This document shows, in pieces, positions 17,241 through 25,857 of a stretch of DNA of 64,000 bases; within the stretch, counting starts at the first letter, position 1; every line of letters begins with the position of its first letter. The DNA is from Candidatus Nanoarchaeia archaeon (GTDB taxonomy: Archaea; Nanobdellota; Nanobdellia; CSSed11-243R1). The stretch covers positions 438,610-502,609 of the forward strand of contig JAQTNH010000001.1 of assembly GCA_028713895.1 (NCBI GenBank), written 5' to 3'. Under the pieces are notes generated by a model, which was not told the DNA's origin, made no database searches, and saw only the letters and a list, made by a program, of their open reading frames with translations. The position numbers and the translations under genes are program-made.

Positions 17241-18692
17241 ATGGCAGACAAGGAAAAACTGACTCAGGCGCTTCAGGCCAAAAAGGCTAATATGGATGAC
17301 TGGTATCCTGAAGTGATTCTTAAATCAGAACTTGCAGACTACTCAAAAGTCAGCGGATGCATTGTTTTAAGGCCATACGGCTATGCAATATGGGAAAAAA
17401 TAGTTGCTGTGGTAGACGAAAAGCTCAAGAAAATGGGAGTCAAGAACTGCTATTTCCCGCTTCTTATACCTGAATCCCTGCTCGCAAAGGAGCAGGAGCA
17501 CGTCAAGGGGTTCACTCCAGAAGTTGCGTGGGTGACTGAAACAGGCAACTCAAAGCTTGACGAAAAACTTGCAATACGCCCGACAAGCGAGACAATAATG
17601 TATGACTCCTATTCAAAGTGGATTCAGTCGTGGCGCGACCTGCCGCTGAAGCTTAACCAGTGGAACAATGTTGTGCGCTGGGAATTCAAGCACCCCAAGC
17701 CATTTTTGCGAAGCCGCGAATTCCTTTGGAATGAGGGGCACACTGTCTTTGCAAGCGAAAAAGAAGCAATAAAAGACAGCCAAGAAGTTCTTGACATGTA
17801 TCACAATTTTGTGGAAGAATATATGGCTCTTGCAGGCGCAAAAGTAAAGAAATCCGAGAACGAGAAATTTGCAGGGGCTGTTTATTCCATGTCAGTAGAA
17901 TGCATGATGCCGGACGGAAAGATGATTCAGGGCCCGGATTCGCATTTTGACGGGCAAAAATTCGCAAAAGCTTATGACATAAAATTCCTGAACAAAGACG
18001 GAAAAATGGAGCATGCATGGCAGAACACATTTGCAATATCATGGCGAATGATTGGTGTTTTGGTTGCGTCACACGGCGATGACAGAGGGCTTGTGCTTCC
18101 GCCAAAACTTGCGCCCATCCCTGTCGTAATAGTCCCTATTTACAAAGATGATACAAAGAAAGAAGTCATGAAAAAGGCAGAAGAGATTTCAAAGGAAATG
18201 AAAAAGTTCGGCGTCCACCTTGATGACAGGGAAGAGTACACACCAGGATGGAAATTCAATGAATGGGAGCTCAAGGGAGTTCCGCTCAGAATAGAGATTG
18301 GGCCAAAAGATATCGAGAAAAAATCAGTTGTGCTTGTGCGAAGAGATACAGGCGAAAAAAGCTTTGTAAAGATGAGCGAACTGAAGGACAAAGTCCCAGA
18401 AGTTCTTGATGCTATCCAGAAAAATCTTTTTGAAAAATCAAAAAAGTTCCTTGAAGAGAGAACAAAGACGGCAAAAACATATGCTGAAATGAAGAAACTT
18501 GTGGATGGCAACCGCGTTTTGGTTGATTTCTGCAATGAGCCGGCATGCGAGGAAAAAGTAAAGGGCGAACTAAGCGCAAAAACAACAGGAATACCGCTTG
18601 ATGACAAATTTAATGCTGCAAAAGGGACTGGAAAATGCATTATCTGCGGAAAACCTGCAACGTGCAAAGCTTATTTTTCAAAATCTTACTAA
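17241..18692 (+). CDS. proS: Prolyl-tRNA synthetase (archaeal/eukaryotic type)
   Basis: RPTSETIMY and WRDLPLKLNQWNNVVRWE...FLRSREFLWNEGHT. The C-terminal Cys cluster ends in ...YFSKSY. Confidence 0.9.
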   Translation: MADKEKLTQALQAKKANMDDWYPEVILKSELADYSKVSGCIVLRPYGYAIWEKIVAVVDEKLKKMGVKNCYFPLLIPESLLAKEQEHVKGFTPEVAWVTETGNSKLDEKLAIRPTSETIMYDSYSKWIQSWRDLPLKLNQWNNVVRWEFKHPKPFLRSREFLWNEGHTVFASEKEAIKDSQEVLDMYHNFVEEYMALAGAKVKKSENEKFAGAVYSMSVECMMPDGKMIQGPDSHFDGQKFAKAYDIKFLNKDGKMEHAWQNTFAISWRMIGVLVASHGDDRGLVLPPKLAPIPVVIVPIYKDDTKKEVMKKAEEISKEMKKFGVHLDDREEYTPGWKFNEWELKGVPLRIEIGPKDIEKKSVVLVRRDTGEKSFVKMSELKDKVPEVLDAIQKNLFEKSKKFLEERTKTAKTYAEMKKLVDGNRVLVDFCNEPACEEKVKGELSAKTTGIPLDDKFNAAKGTGKCIICGKPATCKAYFSKSY

Positions 18693-18703
18693 GACGGATT
18701 CAT

Positions 18704-18982
18704 ATGAAAACAAATAACATACCTGCGTATTTTACGCAGGATAATTTCGAGAAACTTGTTACTAAAATAACAAGAGATAAATTAATGGTTGGTTTAGTTA
18801 AGACTATATGGGAATTTTATGACTTGAATAACAAACAGGATCAGAGATATCTTGTTAACAGAGTCAAGTATACAATCCGCGATTTCCATGGAGCAGTATG
18901 CGGAGAGCTATTTGAGAAAGAACTTTACGGAGAGAATTACCTGAAGATGGACAACAACGACCGCAAAAATGCAAGCATTTAG
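18704..18982 (+). CDS. Hypothetical protein
   Basis: 92-aa ORF from the ATG at 18704; the track start at 18635 overlaps proS. No family recognised. Confidence 0.35.
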   Translation: MKTNNIPAYFTQDNFEKLVTKITRDKLMVGLVKTIWEFYDLNNKQDQRYLVNRVKYTIRDFHGAVCGELFEKELYGENYLKMDNNDRKNASI

Positions 18983-19017
18983 AAACCTTTATAAACAATC
19001 GGTGAGGACTTCATAAT

Positions 19018-19674
19018 ATGCCTTCTAATTTCGGTGGTGGCGAGAAAATGAACATTTCAGAAGATAATTCAAGACACGGTACTACAACAATAGGCGTTGT
19101 GTGCACTGACGGCGTAATTTTGGCAGCTGACAAGCGCGCCAGCATGGGCTACATGATAGCCAGCAAAACAGTAGAAAAGATAATCATGATTACAGACAAA
19201 ATTGCAATGACAACAGCAGGAATGGTTGGAGACGCACAGATGCTTGCAAGATATCTCAAGGCAGAGATGGAGCTTTATGAGATAAGGCGACAGAAAACAG
19301 TGAATGTCAAGGCATCAGCAACACTTTTGGGCAACATCATGTTCGGGCAGAGGCCATTCCCATTTTATGTCCAGCTGCTTCTTGCAGGATATGACGAAAC
19401 AGGCGGACATCTTTATTCGCTTGACCCGAGCGGTTCAGTTATCGGAGACAAATACACTGCAACCGGAAGCGGAAGCGTATTCGCATTCGGAGTGCTTGAC
19501 GACCAATTCAAAGAAGGAATGAATGTCGCAGAAGGCAAAGTTGTCATATTAAAGGCGCTCAAATCTGCAATGTCACGTGACATTGCAACAGGCGATGGTA
19601 TGGATGTGTGGGTGATTAATGAGAAAGGAATAACCAAGCTTAAGAAAGAAGAAATCACAAAAATCTTAGCTTAA
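19018..19674 (+). CDS. psmB: Proteasome subunit beta (with propeptide)
   Basis: Propeptide junction HG/TTTIGVVCTDGVILAADKRASMG. BRE/TATA agaaacc-tttataaa at 18981-18995. An alternative ATG is at 19048. Confidence 0.9.
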   Translation: MPSNFGGGEKMNISEDNSRHGTTTIGVVCTDGVILAADKRASMGYMIASKTVEKIIMITDKIAMTTAGMVGDAQMLARYLKAEMELYEIRRQKTVNVKASATLLGNIMFGQRPFPFYVQLLLAGYDETGGHLYSLDPSGSVIGDKYTATGSGSVFAFGVLDDQFKEGMNVAEGKVVILKALKSAMSRDIATGDGMDVWVINEKGITKLKKEEITKILA

Positions 19675-19691
19675 TTCTCTTTGGTGTTTTT

Positions 19692-21596
19692 ATGAAAAAT
19701 GGAGATGTCGTATCAGAAATCAAGAAAGAGCTACCTGAATCAGCGAAAATCAGCGATGTACTGTATGAAGGGGCGAACATTGTTCTTTACACAAAGAACG
19801 CAGAATTTTTCCTTGAGTCAAAGGACTTAATACGAAGCATTGTAAACAAGGTAAAGAAAAGGATAGAGCTGCGAATGGACCCCTCAATGCTTACACCTCC
19901 TGAAGAGACGCAGGAGATTCTTGATCAGATAATCCCGAAAGAAGCAGGACTTGGAGAAACATGGTTTGACTACAAGCGCTCAATCCTCATAATTGAGTCT
20001 GAAAAACCAGGGCTTGTAATCGGAAAAGAAGGAAAAGTGATGAATGAGGTGCTCAGAAAAACGCTTTGGGTTCCAAAAGTCAGGAGAGCGCCGGTCATTG
20101 CATCCGAGCTTATCAACACAATACGCCAGACAATATTCCAGAACTCGGAATACCGAAGGGACTTCATGGATAAAATAGGAAAAAAGATTTATCTCACCAA
20201 GTGGGAACGGGACCAGAAATACTGGATAAGATTATCCGCACTTGGAGGCGCACGCGAAGTAGGGCGAAGCTGTTTCCTTCTCCAGACACCACTTTCAAAT
20301 GTAATGCTTGACTGCGGGCTGAATGTCGCATCATCAGATTTCACATTCCCGCATTTTGATTCGCCGGATTTCAACATATCAAAACTTGACGCCGTGATAA
20401 TATCGCACGCGCACCTGGACCATTCAGGCTCGCTGCCTGTGCTTTACAAATACGGATACACAGGCCCGATTTATTGCACAGAGCCGACACGCGATGTAAT
20501 GACCCTGCTTCAGCTGGATTATGTTGATGTCATACAGAGACAGGGCAGAAAGCCGGAATATACAAGCAAGGAAATAAAAGAAGCCGTAAAAAACACAATA
20601 ACCCTTGACTCGGATGAGGTAACAGACATAACACCTGATGTGCGGCTGACGCTTCACAATGCAGGGCACATACTCGGCTCTTCAATGGTGCATCTGAACA
20701 TAGGAGAAGGGTTCCATAACATGCTTTACACAGGAGACTTCAAGTTTGCCAGGACAAAACTGCTGGAGCCGTCGCTGACTGATTTCCAGCGGCTTGAAAC
20801 GCTCATAATGGAATCAACATACGGGGCGCCTGAAGACATGCAACCAACGCGAAAGGAGTCGGAGGATTTCCTTATCGGAGTAATAAAAGAGAAAATAGAA
20901 GCAAAAGGAAAAGTTCTTATCCCTGTTTTGGGGGTGGGGCGCGCACAGGACGTAATGCTGATTGTTGAGGAAGCAGTACGCACAGGACTAATCCCGGAAG
21001 TCCCGGTTTATGTTGACGGAATGGTATGGGATGTAACTGCGATACACACAACATACCCGGAATTCATGAACCGAGAAGTCAAGAAACAAATTTTCGGGCA
21101 GGACACAAACCCATTCCTTTCAAAAATATTCATCAGGGTTGCTTCGCAGGATGAAAGAGAAGAGATAATCAAAAGCAAAAAACCCTGCATAGTAATCGCA
21201 ACTTCAGGCATGCTTACCGGAGGGGCGTCTGTCGAGTATTTCAGAAATTTCGCAGAGAATAAGAAAAATGCAATTGTTTTTACATCATACCAGGGAGAGG
21301 GCTCGCTTGGACGAAAGGTGCAAAGGGGAGAAAAACAGGTCACTGTTGAAACCTACGGCGGAAAACAGGAGATGATACCTGTAAACATAGACGTGTTCTC
21401 AGTGGAAGGGCTTTCAGGGCACAGCGACAGGAACCAGCTGATAAATTTCGTGAAAAAAATAGAGCCAAAACCGCGCAAAATAATACTTGTTCACGGAGAA
21501 AGCAGCAAATGCCTTGACATGGCCTCGACACTGCACAAGATGGTCAAGATAGAAACGAGCGCACCGCGAAACCTTGACGCCATAAGGATACGCTAA
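19692..21596 (+). CDS. aCPSF1-type RNase (KH domains plus metallo-beta-lactamase/beta-CASP)
   Basis: The N-terminal KH-like region is followed by HAHLDHSGSLP, ESTYG and LVHGE motifs. The 634-aa size is typical of archaeal CPSF1. Confidence 0.88.
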   Translation: MKNGDVVSEIKKELPESAKISDVLYEGANIVLYTKNAEFFLESKDLIRSIVNKVKKRIELRMDPSMLTPPEETQEILDQIIPKEAGLGETWFDYKRSILIIESEKPGLVIGKEGKVMNEVLRKTLWVPKVRRAPVIASELINTIRQTIFQNSEYRRDFMDKIGKKIYLTKWERDQKYWIRLSALGGAREVGRSCFLLQTPLSNVMLDCGLNVASSDFTFPHFDSPDFNISKLDAVIISHAHLDHSGSLPVLYKYGYTGPIYCTEPTRDVMTLLQLDYVDVIQRQGRKPEYTSKEIKEAVKNTITLDSDEVTDITPDVRLTLHNAGHILGSSMVHLNIGEGFHNMLYTGDFKFARTKLLEPSLTDFQRLETLIMESTYGAPEDMQPTRKESEDFLIGVIKEKIEAKGKVLIPVLGVGRAQDVMLIVEEAVRTGLIPEVPVYVDGMVWDVTAIHTTYPEFMNREVKKQIFGQDTNPFLSKIFIRVASQDEREEIIKSKKPCIVIATSGMLTGGASVEYFRNFAENKKNAIVFTSYQGEGSLGRKVQRGEKQVTVETYGGKQEMIPVNIDVFSVEGLSGHSDRNQLINFVKKIEPKPRKIILVHGESSKCLDMASTLHKMVKIETSAPRNLDAIRIR

Positions 21597-21678
21597 AACC
21601 CCAACAAAAAAGTATTTTAATTAAGGTTTTCTTTTAATGCTTACCGGATATAGGATACAGGCAAGGGTCGTGTAAAAA

Positions 21679-22176
21679 ATGGAAGAAATAAACATAACAC
21701 TCGCAAGGGTAAGATACAGCGGCATTTTTTCGTATGATGACTTCTATAAACTCCTTTATGACTTGTTCAGGAGCCTTGGATACGATATCGAAGAAGCCAA
21801 ATACTCGCATAAAACAACCCCTGTGGGGGACACGGCAACAATAGAATGGAACTGCTACAAAAAAGTGGATGATTATGCGCAGTTCAAGGTTTGGGCAAAG
21901 ATAGAGATTGAAGGGCTTGAAAAAGTTCAGGTGCAGGTAAAGGACCAGACCTCAACAAAAAACAAAGGCTCATGCTATGTTGAAATGAAAGCGAACATAA
22001 TGACTGATTACGAAAACAGGTGGGAAATCAACCCACTTTTAAAATTCCTGAAGGGATTTTACGATGTTTATTTCTACAAATCAACATTTGACACATGGAA
22101 AGCGAAAATAGCGCTTGATTTGCACACTGTTGAAAACGAGGTAAAGGCGTTCTTTAACATGCAGAGGTTCATGTAA
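21679..22176 (+). CDS. Hypothetical protein, tandem paralog A
   Basis: 165 aa. It shares FY.LLYD..R.LGYD.EE.KY..K, W(E/V).NPL, and a C-terminal (V/M)KAFFNMQ(R/K) with the next ORF. Confidence 0.6.
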   Translation: MEEINITLARVRYSGIFSYDDFYKLLYDLFRSLGYDIEEAKYSHKTTPVGDTATIEWNCYKKVDDYAQFKVWAKIEIEGLEKVQVQVKDQTSTKNKGSCYVEMKANIMTDYENRWEINPLLKFLKGFYDVYFYKSTFDTWKAKIALDLHTVENEVKAFFNMQRFM

Positions 22177-22180
22177 ACCC

Positions 22181-22684
22181 ATGGAAACACTGGCAATAAC
22201 AAAAAGCAGGTGGAAGCACAACGGGCTTTATGATTTAACCAGTTTCTATAATATCCTTTATGACACTCTCAGAGTCCTTGGCTATGATGTTGAAGAAACA
22301 AAGTACAGAAACAAGCTCGGGCCAGACGGGTCAACTGTTGAGCTTGAAATGTTCTGGGATGCAAGACGGAACTATGACAATTACGCAAGAATTTACATAA
22401 AATGCAAGACGCTTATTGTCGGAATGTCAAAACAGCAGACCCAGATAGACGGCAAGCCTGTGACAAGGGACAAAGGAACCCTTGAGCTTGAGCTTAAGGT
22501 CAGCGTTGAACTGGATTACAAGAACCTCTGGGTAAGCAACCCCTTATTTTCGCAGATAAGGTGGGTTTATGACAGGTTTTTCTTCAAAACCCCGCTGGCA
22601 ATAATCAAATCCAAAGCTGAGTCTGAAATGAACAAATTCAGCAATGAGATGAAAGCCTTCTTTAACATGCAGAAATATGTCTAA
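22181..22684 (+). CDS. Hypothetical protein, tandem paralog B
   Basis: 167 aa, colinear similarity to 21679-22176, separated from it by 4 nt. Confidence 0.6.
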   Translation: METLAITKSRWKHNGLYDLTSFYNILYDTLRVLGYDVEETKYRNKLGPDGSTVELEMFWDARRNYDNYARIYIKCKTLIVGMSKQQTQIDGKPVTRDKGTLELELKVSVELDYKNLWVSNPLFSQIRWVYDRFFFKTPLAIIKSKAESEMNKFSNEMKAFFNMQKYV

Positions 22685-22724
22685 ATACCCAAAGTTTATA
22701 AACGGATACTTCATTAATTAAAGT

Positions 22725-22890
22725 GGCAAGGCGACCTTTAAGCGGTAACTTGCACGACTAATGCGCAAGCATTTTGGTTGACTGCAATTCACACTTATAA
22801 GGTTCAGGCCCGTTAAAGGTACTGACCGACAAACTTGCTTCAAGTAAGGATGAAAATCAGGCAGTAACGGGCCAATTTATGCTCACTGCC
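22725..22890 (+). ncRNA. Candidate structured small RNA of unknown class
   Basis: TATA tttataaa at 22694-22701, about 25 nt upstream. The ORF-free stretch has long-range complementarity (ggcccgtta 22807-22815 with taacgggcc 22865-22873) and local hairpins. It is followed by a T-rich hairpin. Confidence 0.3.
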
Positions 22891-22950
22891 CTCTTTTCTT
22901 CGGAAAGAAAAGAGTGCAAGATGCCCAGAAAAGAAGGCATTAATATAAAT
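22887..22950 (+). repeat. Intergenic repeat family, copy 1
   Basis: ctgccctcttttcttcggaaagaaaagagtgcaagatgcccagaaaagaaggcattaatataaat is colinear with the copy at 45181-45266. Confidence 0.6.
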
Positions 22951-23115
22951 CACATAAAAACAAACAAAAAACAGCCCATGGCGGGGAATTACATTTCATA
23001 GTCATCCAATATTCAATTTGAATTGGAAAAACAACGAAACGACAGGATTATGCGCTATAATCAAGAGCGCTCTCTGTGAACTTTTTCTCGCCAGGCACTA
23101 AAAAGAGGGATAAAT

Positions 23116-24516
23116 ATGGGAAAAATAAGTCCTGTATCCGCGAAATATATCATTCATGTTGATATTAACGCTGACGGTACAGTTGATAAACCAGATGTAA
23201 TCGGGGCAATCTTCGGGCAGACTGAGGGATTGCTTGGTGCAGAACTGGAATTAAGGGAATTACAGAAAAACGGAAGAATCGGAAGAATTGAGGTGAACAT
23301 AGACACCAAGGGCGGAAAAGCCGGCGGGGTAATAACTATTCCTTCATCGCTTGACATGGCAGAAACTGCTATCATAGCAGGAGCTGTGGAGACAATCCAG
23401 AGAATCGGGCCATGCAATGCAAAGCTGAAAGTCAGGCACATAGAGGATGTCAGAGTCAGCAAGAGGGAATATGTCGTTGACCGGGCAAAAGAACTGCTCA
23501 GGGAAATGATTGCAAAAGGGCCAGAGTCCACGGAAATCATGGAAGAAATAAAAAGCACAGTACGCGCACTGGAGATAGTCGAGTACGGGCCGGAAAAGCT
23601 TCCAGCAGGGCCTGGAATCAATGAAAGCGACGAACTGATTGTCGTCGAGGGAAGGGCAGATGTAATCGCGCTTCTAAAGAACGGATTCAAGAATGTAATC
23701 GGGATAAACGGGACTTCGGTTCCGCCAAGCGTTGCAGAACTGACACGCCAGAAGACATCAACAATCTTCACTGACGGAGACCGCGGCGGACTCCTGATTA
23801 TAAAGGAAATCGCAGCAGTCGGAGAAGTTGATTTCGCAATACAGGCTCCGGACGGAAAGGAAGTCGAGGAGCTCACGCAGAAAGAAATCAACAAAGCCCT
23901 GCGCGCGAGAATGCCGCTTGACCAGTTCCTCCAGGAACACGGCCTTGAAGCACAGAGCACAGAAGGAAAAGGGCAGAGCAAGCCAACTTCTGCGCCATCA
24001 TACCAGGCAGCGCCGCAAGCACAGCCACAAAGGGCAGAGCCTGTGCAGCACGAACAGCGGGAGCAGCCGAGATATGAGCAGAGAGAACAGAGATACGACC
24101 GCAGGCCAGACAGACGATTCGGGGACAGGCGCTTTGACAGGCGCGATGACAGAAGAGACAGCGGTTATGGCAGAGACATGCGCGGACCAATGCCGACTGA
24201 AAGGTATGAGTCCAAGCCAAAACTCAGCCCTGAAATCGCTGAACAGTTCAAGAAAATGCTTGACGAGCTAATTGGCACACGCGGAGCATACCTGCTTGAC
24301 GAGCCAATGAACATACTCGGAAAAGTCCCAGTAAGCGAGCTTGGAACAACAATCCAGAACCTTCCAGAAGTGAGCATAATCATAATGGACGGAGCAGTGA
24401 CGCCTGATATCGTAACAATATTCGAAGCAACAAACATACAGCAGGTTGTCGCAATGGAAGTAAACGCAACAAGCAGAAAATTCAGAACATTTTCAGCAGC
24501 AGATTTGGGAGCTTAG
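23116..24516 (+). CDS. dnaG: Archaeal DnaG-type Toprim protein with a low-complexity insert
   Basis: The N-terminus KYIIHVDINADGTVDKPDVIGAIFGQTEGLLG is typical of archaeal DnaG. Toprim motifs are IVVEGRADV and FTDGDRGG. A Q/R/D-rich insert lies at about 23950-24190. Confidence 0.88.
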   Translation: MGKISPVSAKYIIHVDINADGTVDKPDVIGAIFGQTEGLLGAELELRELQKNGRIGRIEVNIDTKGGKAGGVITIPSSLDMAETAIIAGAVETIQRIGPCNAKLKVRHIEDVRVSKREYVVDRAKELLREMIAKGPESTEIMEEIKSTVRALEIVEYGPEKLPAGPGINESDELIVVEGRADVIALLKNGFKNVIGINGTSVPPSVAELTRQKTSTIFTDGDRGGLLIIKEIAAVGEVDFAIQAPDGKEVEELTQKEINKALRARMPLDQFLQEHGLEAQSTEGKGQSKPTSAPSYQAAPQAQPQRAEPVQHEQREQPRYEQREQRYDRRPDRRFGDRRFDRRDDRRDSGYGRDMRGPMPTERYESKPKLSPEIAEQFKKMLDELIGTRGAYLLDEPMNILGKVPVSELGTTIQNLPEVSIIIMDGAVTPDIVTIFEATNIQQVVAMEVNATSRKFRTFSAADLGA

Positions 24517-24554
24517 TCTCCCTTTCTTATTTTTTCTTTTTTATTTTTAGATTT

Positions 24555-25412
24555 TTAATTGACGTATCCAAAATCCCATTTTCTTTTACATGCAAGGGGT
24601 TCAGGTTCTACAGGTTCAGGCGCCATATGCTCGGGAGGGTTAGGCCCTTGCGGCCCCAACTCTGCGGTTTCTTCGGTTTCTATTTCTTCTTTAATATCCC
24701 CTTCTTCATCCAAAAAGATGTTATACACAGGGTGGTGTTGTTCAAATTTGAGCTTTAGCATGTCTTTCATTATAGCAGCCACTTCTGAAATCGGGAGAAC
24801 TTTTGATTTTGTTGCTACAACATAAGCATTAACGCCACGCTCTGACAATAAGTCTATGTTTTCCTTTTTTATCTCCCTTTCAAAAACTTCCTTGTTGAGT
24901 TTTGAAAGAGATGAATTCTTTGGATTAACAAAATCTTCAGTAACACACATATAATCCAAATTTCCTGTCCTATCCTTTCCTGCAATAAAGTATACTGCTT
25001 TGCTGCGGTTGAGATTTTCGTCATTAAGGCTTTTTTTGGTTGTAAATTCATCAAATAATCTTGTTTTAACATAGCTCAAGAGATTGCGTAAAGCGCTTTC
25101 ATAACCTGCGTAGTACGCAACATCAATCACATGATTCGAGTTTTCTATTTCCATTTCCGTAAACTTTGTTATATCATACTTTAAACCAGTCCTGTACTCA
25201 TTAAGCAACTGATTATGTTTTTGCTGTCCTGCCTGCGCGTCAACTCTCTTCGGAAACACAATTTCCAGAGTAGACTCTATCCTTGGATAATAATAATCCA
25301 ATTCTCTCTTTTTAGTATGCAGACTTTTAGCGTTTCCAAGACTTTTTAATACAGACTCAAGATTATCAGCATCAAGTTCTGCAGGTATTTTGAATTTTGG
25401 ATCTGCGGGCAT
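24555..25412 (-). CDS. Hypothetical protein with an acidic, Pro-rich C-terminus
   Basis: 285-aa ORF. No family recognised. Confidence 0.4.
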   Translation of the reverse strand: MPADPKFKIPAELDADNLESVLKSLGNAKSLHTKKRELDYYYPRIESTLEIVFPKRVDAQAGQQKHNQLLNEYRTGLKYDITKFTEMEIENSNHVIDVAYYAGYESALRNLLSYVKTRLFDEFTTKKSLNDENLNRSKAVYFIAGKDRTGNLDYMCVTEDFVNPKNSSLSKLNKEVFEREIKKENIDLLSERGVNAYVVATKSKVLPISEVAAIMKDMLKLKFEQHHPVYNIFLDEEGDIKEEIETEETAELGPQGPNPPEHMAPEPVEPEPLACKRKWDFGYVN

Positions 25413-25482
25413 AACATTTGTTTTACGAATCTTTATTCTTAAAAATCTTATGTAACTGGAATGTAGTGCTATGAACTAAAAG

Positions 25483-25496
25483 AAAAACTTTAAAAC
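25483..25496 (+). promoter_or_regulatory. BRE/TATA promoter of the SRP RNA
   Basis: gaaaaac-tttaaaac, about 25-30 nt upstream of the GGGCCC 5' end at 25519. Confidence 0.6.
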
Positions 25497-25518
25497 AGGC
25501 GATTTGCTATACTATTCT

Positions 25519-25790
25519 GGGCCCATAGCTGGAGGGTTAGCTGTCCTCTGTTACTGCAAATCAGCTTCACGGCAGGGTGAGCGCAAGGGCGGCTTAGGGA
25601 GATATGAGTCAAGCTCAGGATGTATCTGCGAAGCCATGCCCTAAGGGATGTATTATTCTTTGAACCGGGTCAGGCCAGGAATGGAGCAGCCCTAATGAGC
25701 GTAATGCGTGCTCTTTGGATACATGGTGGAGAAAAGTTTTGAGGACTGCTTATGTCTTTTTATTCCCACCTTGGGCGCGGGTCCGCTATA
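25519..25790 (+). ncRNA. Signal recognition particle RNA (7S RNA)
   Basis: The helix-8 signature gggtcaggccaggaatggagcagcc is at about 25676-25692. The 5' GGGCCC pairs with the 3' GGGTCC. Length is about 270 nt, with its own promoter. Confidence 0.8.
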
Positions 25791-25800
25791 TTTTCTATCT

Positions 25801-25815
25801 GAAAACGTTTAAAAA
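25801..25815 (+). promoter_or_regulatory. BRE/TATA promoter of the Cys-rich surface protein gene
   Basis: gaaaac-g-tttaaaaa. A GGAGGAG Shine-Dalgarno precedes the ATG at 25858. Confidence 0.55.
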
Positions 25816-25857
25816 CAAGCAACTGTTTGAAATTCTAAATTGTATGGAGGAGAAATA

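Noticed and set aside
22725-22890. Possible RNase P RNA in the long spacer.
   Set aside because: I could not find the conserved CR-I (GGAAAGUCC-like) or CR-V (ACAGAA...GGCUUA-like) elements. It is kept only as an unclassified ncRNA candidate.
23154-23981. A long minus-strand ORF (275 aa) antisense to dnaG. Similar long antisense ORFs occur at 30037-32379 (opposite smc), 42401-44164 (opposite cdc48), 45648-46367 (opposite scpA/B), 46882-47397 and 47603-48241 (opposite lonB), and 61677-63626 (opposite the S-layer gene).
   Set aside because: Each lies opposite a gene with unmistakable conserved motifs. Their translations are low-complexity (S/P/F/I-rich) with no recognisable motifs. They are typical shadow ORFs of biased-composition genes.
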